DNA of 64,000 nt. Source: Candidatus Latescibacterota bacterium (lineage in GTDB: Bacteria; Latescibacterota; UBA2968; UBA8231). Position numbers and translations under genes: made by a program. The first letter of the stretch is position 1. Each line of letters opens with the position of its first letter. The stretch covers positions 3,296,001 through 3,360,000 of the forward strand of contig OZ242005.1 in the NCBI GenBank assembly GCA_965204725.1, read 5' to 3'. This document shows, in pieces, positions 1 to 9,957 of this stretch. The notes under the pieces were generated by a model, which was given only the letters and a program-made list of their open reading frames with translations, ran no database searches and was not told the origin of the DNA.

Positions 1-1829
1 CGGTGATCGTCATCTCCGTGCTCCTGCTGTCGCTGATTGAGAGCCTGTTCATTCTGCCGGCACACCTGTCTTCTGAGGGGCACGGGGCACTCAGCCGCCT
101 CTTTCGCCGGCTCTTCGCGCACCCGCTCGCTTGGCACGACCGGGTCGTCGTCCTCTTTGACCGCGGCCTCCAGTACGTTATCCACAACGCCTATCGGCCC
201 ACGCTGCGCTTGGCGCTGGCCCATCCCATCTCCAGCACCGCCTTGGCCCTATCCCTGATGCTGGGTACCGGCGGGCTGGTCGCTGGGGGCCACATCAAGT
301 TCGTGTTTATGCCCGAGATCAGCTCCGATTGGGTGACGATCTCGGTCAACATGCCCCAAGGCACCACGGCGGCCCAAACCGCCAACGTCGTGCAATACGT
401 TGAGCAACAGGCCCTCGCCTTGCGCGACCAGATCGACGCCGAGAGCGAGGGCGAGGATTCAATCTATCGCAATGTTTTTACCTACATCGGCGACCAACCC
501 ATGGCCCGGCGTGCCTCCCTCCCGTCAACGGCTTCGAGTGCCGGCGGCCGAGGACACCTCGCCGAAGTTACCATTGAGCTGCAACCTTCCGAGGAGCGCG
601 ATTTCGACAGCGCAGAGATTGAGTCGCGGCTGCGCGAGTTGGTCGGCGAAGTGCCCGGCCCCGAATCCGTGTTGTTCTCTTCGTCGCTGTTTTCCGCTGG
701 CAATCCCATTGAAGTTGAGCTCGCCGCAGACAACTTCAACCAGCTCTTGTTGGCCGTCGATCGGCTCAAGGGCAAAATCGCCGAGTACGCCGGCGTCGGC
801 GATATTCAAGACAGCTTTGAGGAAGGCAAGTTGGAGATGAAACTCCAGCTCAAGCCCCAAGCTCGCACCCTCGGCCTCACGCTCGCCGATCTCGCTCGTC
901 AAGTGCGCCAAGGCTTTTACGGCGACCAAGCGCTGCGCTTCCAGCGCGGCTCGGACGACGTGCGAGTGATGGTGCGCTACCCCAAAGGCGAGCGCCGGAA
1001 CATGGGCGACGTGCGCTCGATGCGCATCCGTACGCCCTCGGGTGCTGAGGTGCCCTTTGCCGAGGTCGCCACCGTCGCCATTGGCCACGCCTATGCCGCC
1101 ATCCAGCGCACCGATGGCCAGCGCGTCGTGCGGGTGAGTGCCTCGGTCGATGACCAAATTGCCAATGCCGACGAAATCAACCGCGATCTCGAATCGTCTT
1201 TGCTGCCCGCACTCTCCAGAGACTATCCCGGCCTGCGCTACCGATTCGGCGGCGAGCAAAAGGAGCAGCAGGACTCGCTGCAGAGCCTAATGTTCAACTT
1301 CACCATCGCCCTTTTTGCCATCTACATGTTGCTGGCCGTGCCATTCAAATCGTACACCCAGCCCCTCGTGGTTATGAGCGCGATTCCCTTTGGCGTTATT
1401 GGCGCGGTTTGGGGGCATCTGCTCATGGGCTTGGACTTGGCGCTGTTGAGCTTCTTTGGGATCGTCGCGCTCTCGGGCGTGGTGGTCAACGATTCGCTGG
1501 TGCTGCTGACCTTCTACAACCAGACGCTGCGCAAGGGGACGCCGCACGCCGAAGCCCTGATTACAGCAGGGGCGGCGCGCTTCCGCCCCATCCTCCTCAC
1601 CTCCCTGACGACCTTCTTTGGGCTTTTGCCGATGATCCTCGAAAAAAGCATCCAAGCGCAGTTCCTAATCCCCATGGCCGTCAGCTTGGGTTTTGGCATC
1701 CTCTTTGCCACCTTCATCATTTTACTGGGCGTCCCGGTGGGCATGCACCTGTTGGTGGGAGCGCAGGGGCTTTGGGAGCGGTTGGGCGAGGATGGAACCG
1801 CCGAGGTCGCGCCGGTTACTGAGTCTTGA
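1..1829 (+). CDS. RND efflux transporter permease (AcrB/AcrD/AcrF family), 5'-truncated by window edge
   Basis: C-terminal RND motifs: SLIESLFILPAHL, QPLVVMSAIPFG, GVVVNDSLVL, RFRPILLTSLTTFFGLLP, LIPMAVSLGFG; many TM segments. Confidence 0.95.
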   Translation, partial: VIVISVLLLSLIESLFILPAHLSSEGHGALSRLFRRLFAHPLAWHDRVVVLFDRGLQYVIHNAYRPTLRLALAHPISSTALALSLMLGTGGLVAGGHIKFVFMPEISSDWVTISVNMPQGTTAAQTANVVQYVEQQALALRDQIDAESEGEDSIYRNVFTYIGDQPMARRASLPSTASSAGGRGHLAEVTIELQPSEERDFDSAEIESRLRELVGEVPGPESVLFSSSLFSAGNPIEVELAADNFNQLLLAVDRLKGKIAEYAGVGDIQDSFEEGKLEMKLQLKPQARTLGLTLADLARQVRQGFYGDQALRFQRGSDDVRVMVRYPKGERRNMGDVRSMRIRTPSGAEVPFAEVATVAIGHAYAAIQRTDGQRVVRVSASVDDQIANADEINRDLESSLLPALSRDYPGLRYRFGGEQKEQQDSLQSLMFNFTIALFAIYMLLAVPFKSYTQPLVVMSAIPFGVIGAVWGHLLMGLDLALLSFFGIVALSGVVVNDSLVLLTFYNQTLRKGTPHAEALITAGAARFRPILLTSLTTFFGLLPMILEKSIQAQFLIPMAVSLGFGILFATFIILLGVPVGMHLLVGAQGLWERLGEDGTAEVAPVTES

Positions 1830-1835
1830 ACGATT

Positions 1836-3443
1836 GTGGCGCGATTGCAGTGGGGTGGTCTGTTGCCGTTGTGCCTGGCGGCTTGCGCGCCTGCGGACGG
1901 CCCTCCCTTCATCGACAAAGCCGGCGATTGGGGCTTGGAGCGGCCTCATGTCGGCGGCGGCGCACAAAAGCGCTATATCGTCGAAGCCAAAGGCGGCGGG
2001 GCCGCGCTCCTCGACGCGGACTTGGACAGCGACTTGGACATCTACTGGGTCAATGGAGAGGGCGGTGGCAATGCCCTCTACCGCAACGACCAAGGCCGGG
2101 GCTTTGTCGATAGAGCGGTCGCGGCCGGGGTCTCGGGTCGCGGCTGGGGCATGGGTGCGCTGAGCGCGGACTACGATGCCGACGGCGATGCCGATTTGTA
2201 CGTCACGTGCCTGCACGAAAATATCCTCTATCGCAACGACGGGTTCGAGCAATTTGCCGATGCAACGGCCCGCGCCGGGCTGGCGCTGCCGGTGTGGAGT
2301 ACGGGCGCGGCCATGGGCGACGCCGACTTGGACGGCGACTTGGATTTGTACGTGGCCAATTACGCGGATTTTGATTCGGCTGCGGTGCGGCCCTTGGGGA
2401 CGCAGTGGAAGGGCCGGGATGTGTTCGTCGGCCCGCTGGGCTTGCCCGCGCTGCCGGATGTGCTCTACCGCAACGATGGTGCGGGCGTCTTTACCGATGC
2501 GACGGCCGCCAGCGGCCTCGGTCGGCCCGACCCGGGCTATGGGTTTGCCGTACTCTTCATTGACAGCGACGACGACGGCGATTTGGACTTGTATGTCGCC
2601 AACGACTCCACACCCAATTTCCTCTATCGCAACGCCGGCGACGGCACCTTTGTCGAAGTGGGGCTACAGGCCCATGCCGCGCTGGGGGAAACGGGGTTGG
2701 CGCAGGCCGGCATGGGCGCGGCTTGGGGCGATTACGACAACGATGGCGACGGCGACTTGCTGGTCACCAACTTTGAGGACGACTACAACACGCTCTATCG
2801 CAATACCGGCGGCGGCGCTTTTGCGGACGTGAGCTTTGCCGCCGGCTTGGGCCGCATCAGCCTTCCCTACGTGGGGTTTGGCGCGGTCTTTCTCGATTTT
2901 GACAACGACGCCGACCAAGACTTGTTCGTGGCCAACGGGCACGTGTATCCCCAAATCGAACGCCCGGGCAGCGGCGCGACCTACGCGCAAGCCAATCACT
3001 TGTTTGCCAACGACGCCGGTCATTTCCGCCTCGTCGAGCTCGCCCCGAGCGAGCATTGGGCGGTCAGCCGCGGTGCGGTGGCCGGGGATTTTGACGATGA
3101 TGGCCGCTTAGACCTGTTCGTCACCAACCTCAACGGCCGGCCCTCCCTGCTACACAACCAGACGGCCGCGGGCCACCACTGGCTCGGCCTGCGCCTCGTG
3201 GGCGTGGGGAAAAACCGCGAGGCGGTCGGCGCGAAGGTCGTATTGTGGAGCGGCGGTCAAAAGCAGCGGCGGGACGTGCTCTGCGGCGAGAGCTTCTTGG
3301 GCAGCGGCGACCGGCGCGTGCATTTTGGCTTGGGCGCAGCGGGCCGAGCGGATTCGCTGCACATCTACTGGCCGAGTGGTGTGATGCAACGGCTGGTTGG
3401 CTTGCCGATTGATGGGTATGTGCGGGTTGAGGAGGGGGGGTAG
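1836..3443 (+). CDS. CRTAC1-family FG-GAP repeat / ASPIC-UnbV lipoprotein
   Basis: Repeated DxDxDGDxDLYV and LYRNxG motifs; C-terminal ASPIC/UnbV (AVGAKV...HFGLG...WPSG); lipobox LAAC. Confidence 0.92.
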   Translation: MARLQWGGLLPLCLAACAPADGPPFIDKAGDWGLERPHVGGGAQKRYIVEAKGGGAALLDADLDSDLDIYWVNGEGGGNALYRNDQGRGFVDRAVAAGVSGRGWGMGALSADYDADGDADLYVTCLHENILYRNDGFEQFADATARAGLALPVWSTGAAMGDADLDGDLDLYVANYADFDSAAVRPLGTQWKGRDVFVGPLGLPALPDVLYRNDGAGVFTDATAASGLGRPDPGYGFAVLFIDSDDDGDLDLYVANDSTPNFLYRNAGDGTFVEVGLQAHAALGETGLAQAGMGAAWGDYDNDGDGDLLVTNFEDDYNTLYRNTGGGAFADVSFAAGLGRISLPYVGFGAVFLDFDNDADQDLFVANGHVYPQIERPGSGATYAQANHLFANDAGHFRLVELAPSEHWAVSRGAVAGDFDDDGRLDLFVTNLNGRPSLLHNQTAAGHHWLGLRLVGVGKNREAVGAKVVLWSGGQKQRRDVLCGESFLGSGDRRVHFGLGAAGRADSLHIYWPSGVMQRLVGLPIDGYVRVEEGG

Positions 3444-3578
3444 GGGCGGTTGCTGTCTGGCGAGTGGCGGCTATATTTGAGGGCGCATCTATCCTTTTTG
3501 AGCCTTCAACCCCGAACCGTTTCTCGCTACCACTCGCGGTAGCGGGCTTGCCAACTACGTCCCCCTACTTGAGGAACT

Positions 3579-6500
3579 ATGAGCAAAGAAATGGATAAAA
3601 TTAGCCCTGATGAAACTAGGCGAGATCCTGATGAAACTAGACGTAAGGTGCTGACTGAGAATACAGCACAGGCGGTCTTCAAACACCTCAACTCTCTGAA
3701 GTCGAAGCGTATGAGTCTGCTCACGCGATGGATTTGGGAGCTCTTGCAGAACGCACGCGACACTTCGACTAACATCGATAGGAAGCTCGTAGCTTCTGTT
3801 GAATACAAGTGGAGAGAAGAGGACGAGTGCGGAGAGCTAATTTTTCAGCATAATGGCCCCAAGTTCAAGGAGGAACAGATAGCCCATCTCATTTACCACG
3901 GCACTACGAAACTCGAGAGCGAGGAGACAATCGGGCAATACGGGAGCGGTTTTCTCACGACTCACCTATTGTCTCCTATAATCAATGTATCTGGTCAACT
4001 CGAAGACGGTCAGTCTTTTCAGTTCTGTCTAAAGCGAGAAGCAGGCTCAGTTGAAGAACTCCGCGATTCAATGGACCAAGCATGGGAAGATTTTAACGAT
4101 TCTCTATCCAAAGAGTTGCCATCGGATGATCGCACTATTTTTCAATATCCTATCGAGGATGGGGCACCAGTTGAGGCCGTTAAAGAAGGACTCGCAACAT
4201 TGAGGACATGTGCTCCTTTCGTAGTAGCCTTTAATAAAAGAATTTTTGCGTATCGACATTCAATCAATTGATGGAAATATGAGTTTTGAGATGAACGAGC
4301 GTTCACCATTGTCTCCAAGTGGACTTTGGCAAGTCAAGGTCTCGGAGAAACAGGACGAAAAGAAACATCATAAAGTATATCTATTGGCAGAAGCAGAGAA
4401 CGAAAAGACGTCTGTTGCTATTCCATTAGAGCCAGTTGGAAATAGCCAAAGATGCTTGCCTATAAATGGTATCCCTAGGCTTTTCTTAGGTTTTCCTTTG
4501 GTAGGTACTGAGGATTTTAGTTTCCCCGCTATCATCAATAGTTTTGAATTTGGGCCGACTGAGGATCGTGATGGCGTGTTCCTAGGAATAGGCAATAACG
4601 AAGTGAATGATAAGAATCAGTCGATCATACAAGAGGCTTGTGAATTGCACATCCGCTTGCTTTTGTTCGCAGCATCGTCCGGCTGGCGTAATACATTCAC
4701 ATTGGCAAAAGTTCCTCGCGTCCGTGAACAGAAGTGGCTGGATGTAGGTTGGCTACAGGATACTCTCAAAGAACAACTCATCGAACAGTTCCGTCAGACT
4801 CCCTCAGTTGTGAGCGAGGTTGGTGACGCGATACCTACAAGCGAATCAATACTGCCAATGGCGGAAAAGGACGAGGGCGTTGAAGCTCTTTGGGATCTGT
4901 TGAATGACTGGAGAAAATTACGCGATATGTTGCCAAGACGGGATGAAGCCGCTGGTTGGTCGCACGCCATAAAGAGTTGGCCGATATACGGCGGAGACGA
5001 CCCTTCCTTGTTCGATGAGACAATGGATGGAGAAAAGTTGGCATCACACATCGATGGTGGTTATGGTAATATTGATACGCTTCAAGCGTTGTTTTATGAA
5101 GATATTTTCGCAGTCGACTGGCTGGATCAATTTCACCAGTTTCTCAACGAAAACAGCTTACAAGAAACAGTACGCGATCATCATATTGTTCTTGATCAAA
5201 AGCGTTATCTTAGCACATTGAGTGATCTGCATCGCGATCGAGGCATTTCTGAGAAACTGAAGGACATTGCGGAATTGCTCGAATGGGAGATCAGACAGAA
5301 ACTCCGTCATGTAGAGCTCTCTTCTTTGGCTGGTGAAAAGGGTGCTGGAGACATGCAAAATGAAGAAGTAGTTAAAAGACTAATAGAAGAGTTACAGGAA
5401 CGTGCTGAGCAGAACCCAGACGATGACTTCGCCAAAGCGAGTGTGGATCTTTTCTCGTGGATTGTTGTCGAAAAAGACTGGGATCGACTACGTAGATTTC
5501 CAGTGTTCGCAGAAAATGCTGACTCTGACAAGCGAAAAGTTATTTATCTGGAGCGTACAGAAGAGAAAGACGATCTTCCGCTTGCCCCTATTTTAGCATG
5601 GCCAAAAGACTTACAACAGTACTCCCAGCTTTTTCCGAAGAGTTATATATTGTCTGAACGTTTCTTCGAGGTCGCATCTGGTGAAGAAGTATGGCAGATT
5701 TTGGAAGAGAAATATTTTCTCAAAAAAGATGTGATAATTACTAAGAAATTAGAACTTGATTTTAAGACATTCCTCCCTGATGATCCCCTGACCGAGGAAG
5801 AGGATCACAAAACTGATGAGCGTGTTGATGTGACTAATATCGCTTTCCTGACTGAAGATAATATTGGGATCATGGATCGGGTGCGTCAAAGCCAGCATCT
5901 TGCCCGTCTATTTTGGCGTTTTCTTACTGAATGGATGGTAGTTCATGATACTAGCGGACTAGAAATTGCGGAAGCATCTTGCGACTGCGGAGAGAGTCAT
6001 GATTATTTCCCAGCAGAGTGGCTATTGCCCTTGGTACGGAGACGGTGGGTTCCTTTGGGAGAACGTAAACAAGACAGGGCGACAGCGAAATCTCTTGGCA
6101 GGCTGCTCCGTAATGTAGATGGGGAAACAAAGTCTTTTCATGAAAATCAAGCATTATTGAAGGCTATTGACGTGAGGCGTTCCGACTTGATGCTTGAGAC
6201 TTTTGCTAAGGATGCTGAAGCTCGGGAGGCTTTAGAAGATACAGTTACGGAGATATTGGCTACTACTGAAGGGGACTTGAGCCTAGTCCAAATATTTCTT
6301 GAACAGTACCGAGAAAAAAGACGTATGGGGCGTGAAAACCAACGCTTGGGGCAACGAGTAGAAGGCTTGGTGAGGAAAAATCTAGAAAGCAAAGGTTTTA
6401 CCGTCGATCTTACCGGCACTGGATCGGACTTTGAAATTTCGGCTGAAAATGGAGATGTGGCAAACTTGGATATATCTCTAGGAGATAGAGATTGGCTTAT

Positions 6501-6885
6501 TGAGATAAAAGCTACTCGGCACCAAGAAGTCCGAATGACTCATATTCAGGCGAAAACTTCCGTAAAAGAAGGAGACAGATTCTTACTCTGCGTCGTACCC
6601 GTAGAAGATGGGAACACTGAGCTAGAATTAGATGTCGTTCAAGATGCTATGCGATTCGTACAAGGTATTGGCTCCCGCGTAGCCTCACTGTGTAAAGACA
6701 TCGAAGATCTTGAGAGTTTACGAGACAATATCACAACTAGTCGATCTTCAGGTCTCCAGCTAGAGGTTGAAGCAGGGAAAGCACGGATCCGCGTTGCTAA
6801 TTCTGTGTGGGAAAACGACGGATTTCGACTCGAAGACCTCGCCGAGCGGTTGGCTCAGTCAGGTAACTCTCCCCAAAGTACGTAG
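3579..6885 (+). pseudogene. Sacsin/NOV-like GHKL ATPase fused to a C-terminal DUF3883-like PD-(D/E)XK nuclease, split by a +1 frameshift at about 4236-4239 (ORFs 3579-4271 and 4246-6885)
   Basis: GHKL motifs WELLQNARD, FQHNG, GQYGSGF in ORF1. ORF2 has PRLFLGFPLVGTEDF and ends GSDFEI..LIEIKAT..VRMT. Removing one A from taaaag gives the continuous reading AFNKEFLRIDI (about 1101 aa). Could be a real lesion or an assembly error. Confidence 0.8.
3606..3640 (+). repeat. 21-nt-period tandem duplication (cctgatgaaactag x2) encoding PDETRR-D-PDETRR
   Basis: Copies at 3606-3619 and 3627-3640. Confidence 0.85.
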
Positions 6886-7091
6886 GAGGCCTCTTATGCA
6901 GAGCTATCCAGAGTACGACGGAACAAGAAGTATTGTCTTGAAGTGGTCCCAAAACTCAGGATTCGGTCGGTTATGTGCAGAAAAAGCGTTGGATCAGAAG
7001 CGTCTCGCCCTATGAAAATGCCCAACGCGGCTGCGGCCCGACGCTAGTTATGAAGCCACTTCAAGGCAAAGTACGCGGATGAGATAGGTTC

Positions 7092-7781
7092 GTGAGCGAC
7101 GATTTCTTTAAGTTCCCTTCAACGCCATACTTGGCACTCCTCGGCGATGCCGATGTCAGGGATGATAAGGTCATGACGGCAGCCGAGCGGAATGAATTTC
7201 TGTGCCATGAGTTGGTAATCGAAGAAAAAGTCGATGGGGCAAATCTCGGCATTTCGTTTGATTCCGACGGAAATATACGCGCCCAAAATCGGGGCATGTA
7301 CTTGGAGCTTCCCCGGCCGGGACAATGGAAAAAGCTCTCGGAGTGGTTGACTCCGAGAACAGAGACTTTTTTTGAACATCTATTTGACCGTTACATCCTT
7401 TTTGGGGAATGGTGCTATGCTAGGCACACGGTCTTCTACGACCGGCTACCGGACTGGTTCCTCGGTTTCGATGTCTATGATAGGGAAACGGACCGATTTT
7501 TATCTTGCGACCGACGCAATGAGCTTTTTCGCACTATTCGCATTTGTCCCGTCCCGACCGTCAGACGCGGTTGCTTCACGTTCTCAGAACTGAGCGAATT
7601 TCTATTGCAATCAATGATCGGCGATCATCCCGCAGAAGGCATTTATCTCCGGTCTGATCGCAGTGGCTGGTTGGTTCAGAGAGCCAAGTTGGTTCGTCCC
7701 GCCTTTGTTCAGTCAATAGAGCAGCACTGGTCTCGTAAGGACATTGAGCCCAATCGGTTGAAGTGGGAGGTTTGGACATGA
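7092..7781 (+). CDS. ATP-dependent RNA ligase family protein (Rnl2-like nucleotidyltransferase domain)
   Basis: Motif I EEKVDGAN, RAQNRG, LFGEWC, FLGFDVYD, EGIYLR, RAKLVR. Confidence 0.88.
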   Translation: MSDDFFKFPSTPYLALLGDADVRDDKVMTAAERNEFLCHELVIEEKVDGANLGISFDSDGNIRAQNRGMYLELPRPGQWKKLSEWLTPRTETFFEHLFDRYILFGEWCYARHTVFYDRLPDWFLGFDVYDRETDRFLSCDRRNELFRTIRICPVPTVRRGCFTFSELSEFLLQSMIGDHPAEGIYLRSDRSGWLVQRAKLVRPAFVQSIEQHWSRKDIEPNRLKWEVWT

Positions 7782-7787
7782 GTACAT

Positions 7788-7862
7788 CCCGGCTAGCGGC
7801 TCAGTGCCCCGCGATGTTGTCGTCCATTTTGAGGGGGTGCCCTATTGAACCATCCAAGAAAT
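7788..7862 (+). repeat. 75-bp direct repeat Y, copy A; its first ~43 bp match the 3' end of the DUF4159 gene
   Basis: 66/75 identical, ungapped, to 8810-8884 by manual alignment. 7793-7835 matches 10731-10777 with a 4-nt gap and 2 mismatches. Confidence 0.9.
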
Positions 7863-7897
7863 ATGTCGGCATCGCAATAGACGTTCCGCATATAGAT

Positions 7898-8671
7898 TCA
7901 CTCAGTGAGAATACCCAGCACATCGCGCCAGGATGGCAATTCGTCTTTTGGGCGCAGTACTCTAAATTCTTCAACCGTGATATTGACCGGCGCACCATCG
8001 CGCCGATACAGAATAGGCCCTGAAACCGACACGCGCCGGTCCGTCTTAGGATCGAAGGACTGTAGCACGTCGTCCCACAATTCAATGGGAAAATAGCAGT
8101 TGATGTTGCGGCCCGATATATCGTCGTTAATGGAAAAGCGCGTCTTGCCTCGTCTGCTAAGTACTCGAATTCGTCCTTCGACCGTACCGTGATCAACATA
8201 CTGTCCTTGCAGTAACCGATCGACAGACGCAACAGATCGAGACGACATTTTAGTAGCCTGTCCATTGTATCGGATCTGTACCGTACTCAACTCCCCCTCG
8301 GACTTGGATAGCACTTCACCCATCGCCTTGGCAGCCGCCAACGCCTTTTCCGAAAAATGCTCAGGCCAGACATCATCCCTTACTTCGAGGGACCCGAGTC
8401 CGGCTTGAATCGCATGAATGGCCACAGGGATGTGTTCGGGGGGTATCTTGTTTGCTTCTGGAGCGATGTGCATGCACACGCTACCCGACTCAACGGAAAG
8501 AAGCCACTCTACAGCGTGCGGCTTTCCGGCCACGCTATTGGCGACCTCATCGGCCATCTGCAAGAACGCGTTAAAGCCTTTCCTAAAACGCTGGGCCGTA
8601 ATCCGCGGACCGTCAATCTCAAACGTGAGCGAATGTATTGGCGAGAATTTGGCCATGGTTGTAGGGTCCAA
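7898..8671 (-). CDS. Hypothetical protein (257 aa), probable C-terminal OB-like domain
   Basis: Open ORF with plausible composition. GTVEGRI..F.I.D..SG..I.C.F..RVSVSG.I.Y...G.P..I.VE pattern resembles a family I recall beside PIN toxins (unverified). Start may be the ATG at 8656. Confidence 0.7.
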   Translation of the reverse strand: MDPTTMAKFSPIHSLTFEIDGPRITAQRFRKGFNAFLQMADEVANSVAGKPHAVEWLLSVESGSVCMHIAPEANKIPPEHIPVAIHAIQAGLGSLEVRDDVWPEHFSEKALAAAKAMGEVLSKSEGELSTVQIRYNGQATKMSSRSVASVDRLLQGQYVDHGTVEGRIRVLSRRGKTRFSINDDISGRNINCYFPIELWDDVLQSFDPKTDRRVSVSGPILYRRDGAPVNITVEEFRVLRPKDELPSWRDVLGILTE

Positions 8672-8763
8672 GTTCTAGTTCCGGTTCACAAAGGGGATTG
8701 GCAAAGTAATATCCCTGTATCACAGAATCAAGCCCATTGGCCCTCGGCCTCGCTTGGCTCGAC

Positions 8764-8952
8764 CCTCCGCAAGGCCCTCGTGCTGGCGTTGTGGATGTAT
8801 CGCGTACTGCCCGGCTAGCCGCTCAGTACCCCGCGATGTTGGCACCCATTTTGAGGAGGTTCCCTGTCGAACCATCCAAGAAATCCTCCGCAAGAGCCTC
8901 GCTGGAGTGTGCTTGGTTCTCGTGCTAACGCTTTGGTTGTATCGCTTGCTGC
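8764..8952 (+). repeat. Second repeat pair X: 8764-8810 and 8885-8952
   Basis: cctccgcaag at 8764 and 8885; 34-bp blocks 8777-8810 and 8919-8952 are 27/34 identical; copy 2 has 21 extra nt between the blocks. Confidence 0.75.
8810..8884 (+). repeat. 75-bp direct repeat Y, copy B
   Basis: cccggctagc...ccatccaagaaat; partner of 7788-7862. Confidence 0.9.
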
Positions 8953-8965
8953 GTTGCGGGGGCTG

Positions 8966-8994
8966 TTGACGGCGGCAGGACCATCGGACATGTT
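8966..8994 (+). promoter_or_regulatory. Putative sigma70-type promoter, probably the original promoter of the MNT-like/HEPN pair, now separated from it by IS5
   Basis: TTGACG-N17-CATGTT immediately left of the IS; the -10 match is weak. Confidence 0.4.
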
Positions 8995-8995
8995 A

Positions 8996-9926
8996 AGAGG
9001 CTGTCTGAAAACCCATTATGTAGTCGTATTTGAATCGGCGTACTCATCAGGCCATATTCAGGTTTCACCACAAAATCTGAACAGAAAGGCTCGTATGATG
9101 AGTACGCCCAGTGGCCAATATGCAACCGATGTAACCGATGTGCAATGGCAGCAGATCGAACCGTTGCTGCCGGCTCCGCGGTGGCGCCCCAACGGTCCGG
9201 GTCGGCCGCCGCGGGATCGGCGTCCGATCGTCAACGGGCTTTTGTATCTGAACAAGACGGGGTGTCCTTGGGCGTTGTTACCGGCTTGTTTTGGCCCGTG
9301 GAAAACGGTGTATGATTACTTCCGTCGCTGGAGCCGGCACGGGGTCTGGCCGCGGGTGTTGGAACGGCTCACCCAGCAGGAACGCCGCCGCAACGGCCGG
9401 CCGGCCACGCCCTCGGCGGGCTGTATCGATAGTCAGACCATCAAAACGGCAACCCATGGTAAAACAACCGGTTACGACGCGGGCAAGAAGGTTCAAGGCC
9501 GAAAACGGCATCTGCTGGTCGACGCCTCAGGCTTGCTTCGACAGGTGGTGGTCACCGCCGCCGATGTATCCGATCGAGACGGCTTGCAGCAGGTGTTGAC
9601 CCGCTTGGGGACGTCCGGCGTAGCCCGGTTACGCAAACTGTGGGGCGATGGCGGCTATCGAGGCGAGGCGATCCGAACATGGGTGGCCAACCTAAAAAAG
9701 ACGCACAAGATTGACTTGGAAGTCGTCGCCAAACAAGGCCCCGGATTTACCGTACTCAAACGCCGTTGGGTCGTCGAGCGTACCTTGGCATGGGTGATGA
9801 ACTCGCGCCGTCATGCCCGAGATTATGAGGTGTTGACCCGCCATAGCGAAGCCTTGATCCAGATTGCTATGATCCACCTGTTACTCAAAAGAATCAAATA
9901 GAAAATGGAGTTTTCAGACAGCCTCT
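8996..9926 (+). mobile_element. Complete IS5-family insertion sequence (IS1031/IS427-like)
   Basis: 17-bp perfect terminal inverted repeats AGAGGCTGTCTGAAAAC (8996-9012) and GTTTTCAGACAGCCTCT (9910-9926); TA on both flanks. Confidence 0.95.
9095..9901 (+). CDS. IS5-family DDE transposase
   Basis: YATDVTDVQW, GCPWALLP, WKTVYDYFRRW, IDSQTIK, GYDAGKKVQGRKRH, DGGY, RWVVERTLAW. Confidence 0.96.
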   Translation: MMSTPSGQYATDVTDVQWQQIEPLLPAPRWRPNGPGRPPRDRRPIVNGLLYLNKTGCPWALLPACFGPWKTVYDYFRRWSRHGVWPRVLERLTQQERRRNGRPATPSAGCIDSQTIKTATHGKTTGYDAGKKVQGRKRHLLVDASGLLRQVVVTAADVSDRDGLQQVLTRLGTSGVARLRKLWGDGGYRGEAIRTWVANLKKTHKIDLEVVAKQGPGFTVLKRRWVVERTLAWVMNSRRHARDYEVLTRHSEALIQIAMIHLLLKRIK

Positions 9927-9957
9927 TAGTAACAGAACGCAGACGCGGAGGACGACA

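Noticed and set aside
6767-7015. Small ORF between the nuclease and the ligase (possible ATG at 6896 after GGAGG)
   Set aside because: About 39 codons from that ATG with no recognisable homology; possibly a remnant, but not supportable.
7020-7053. attC-like GCCCAAC...GTTATGA upstream of the RNA ligase
   Set aside because: Only about 34 bp, ends complementary only at AAC/GTT, no L boxes, no integron integrase and no second copy.
8909-9094. N-terminal extension of the IS5 transposase
   Set aside because: It crosses the left TIR; the real start is the ATG at 9095 or 9098.
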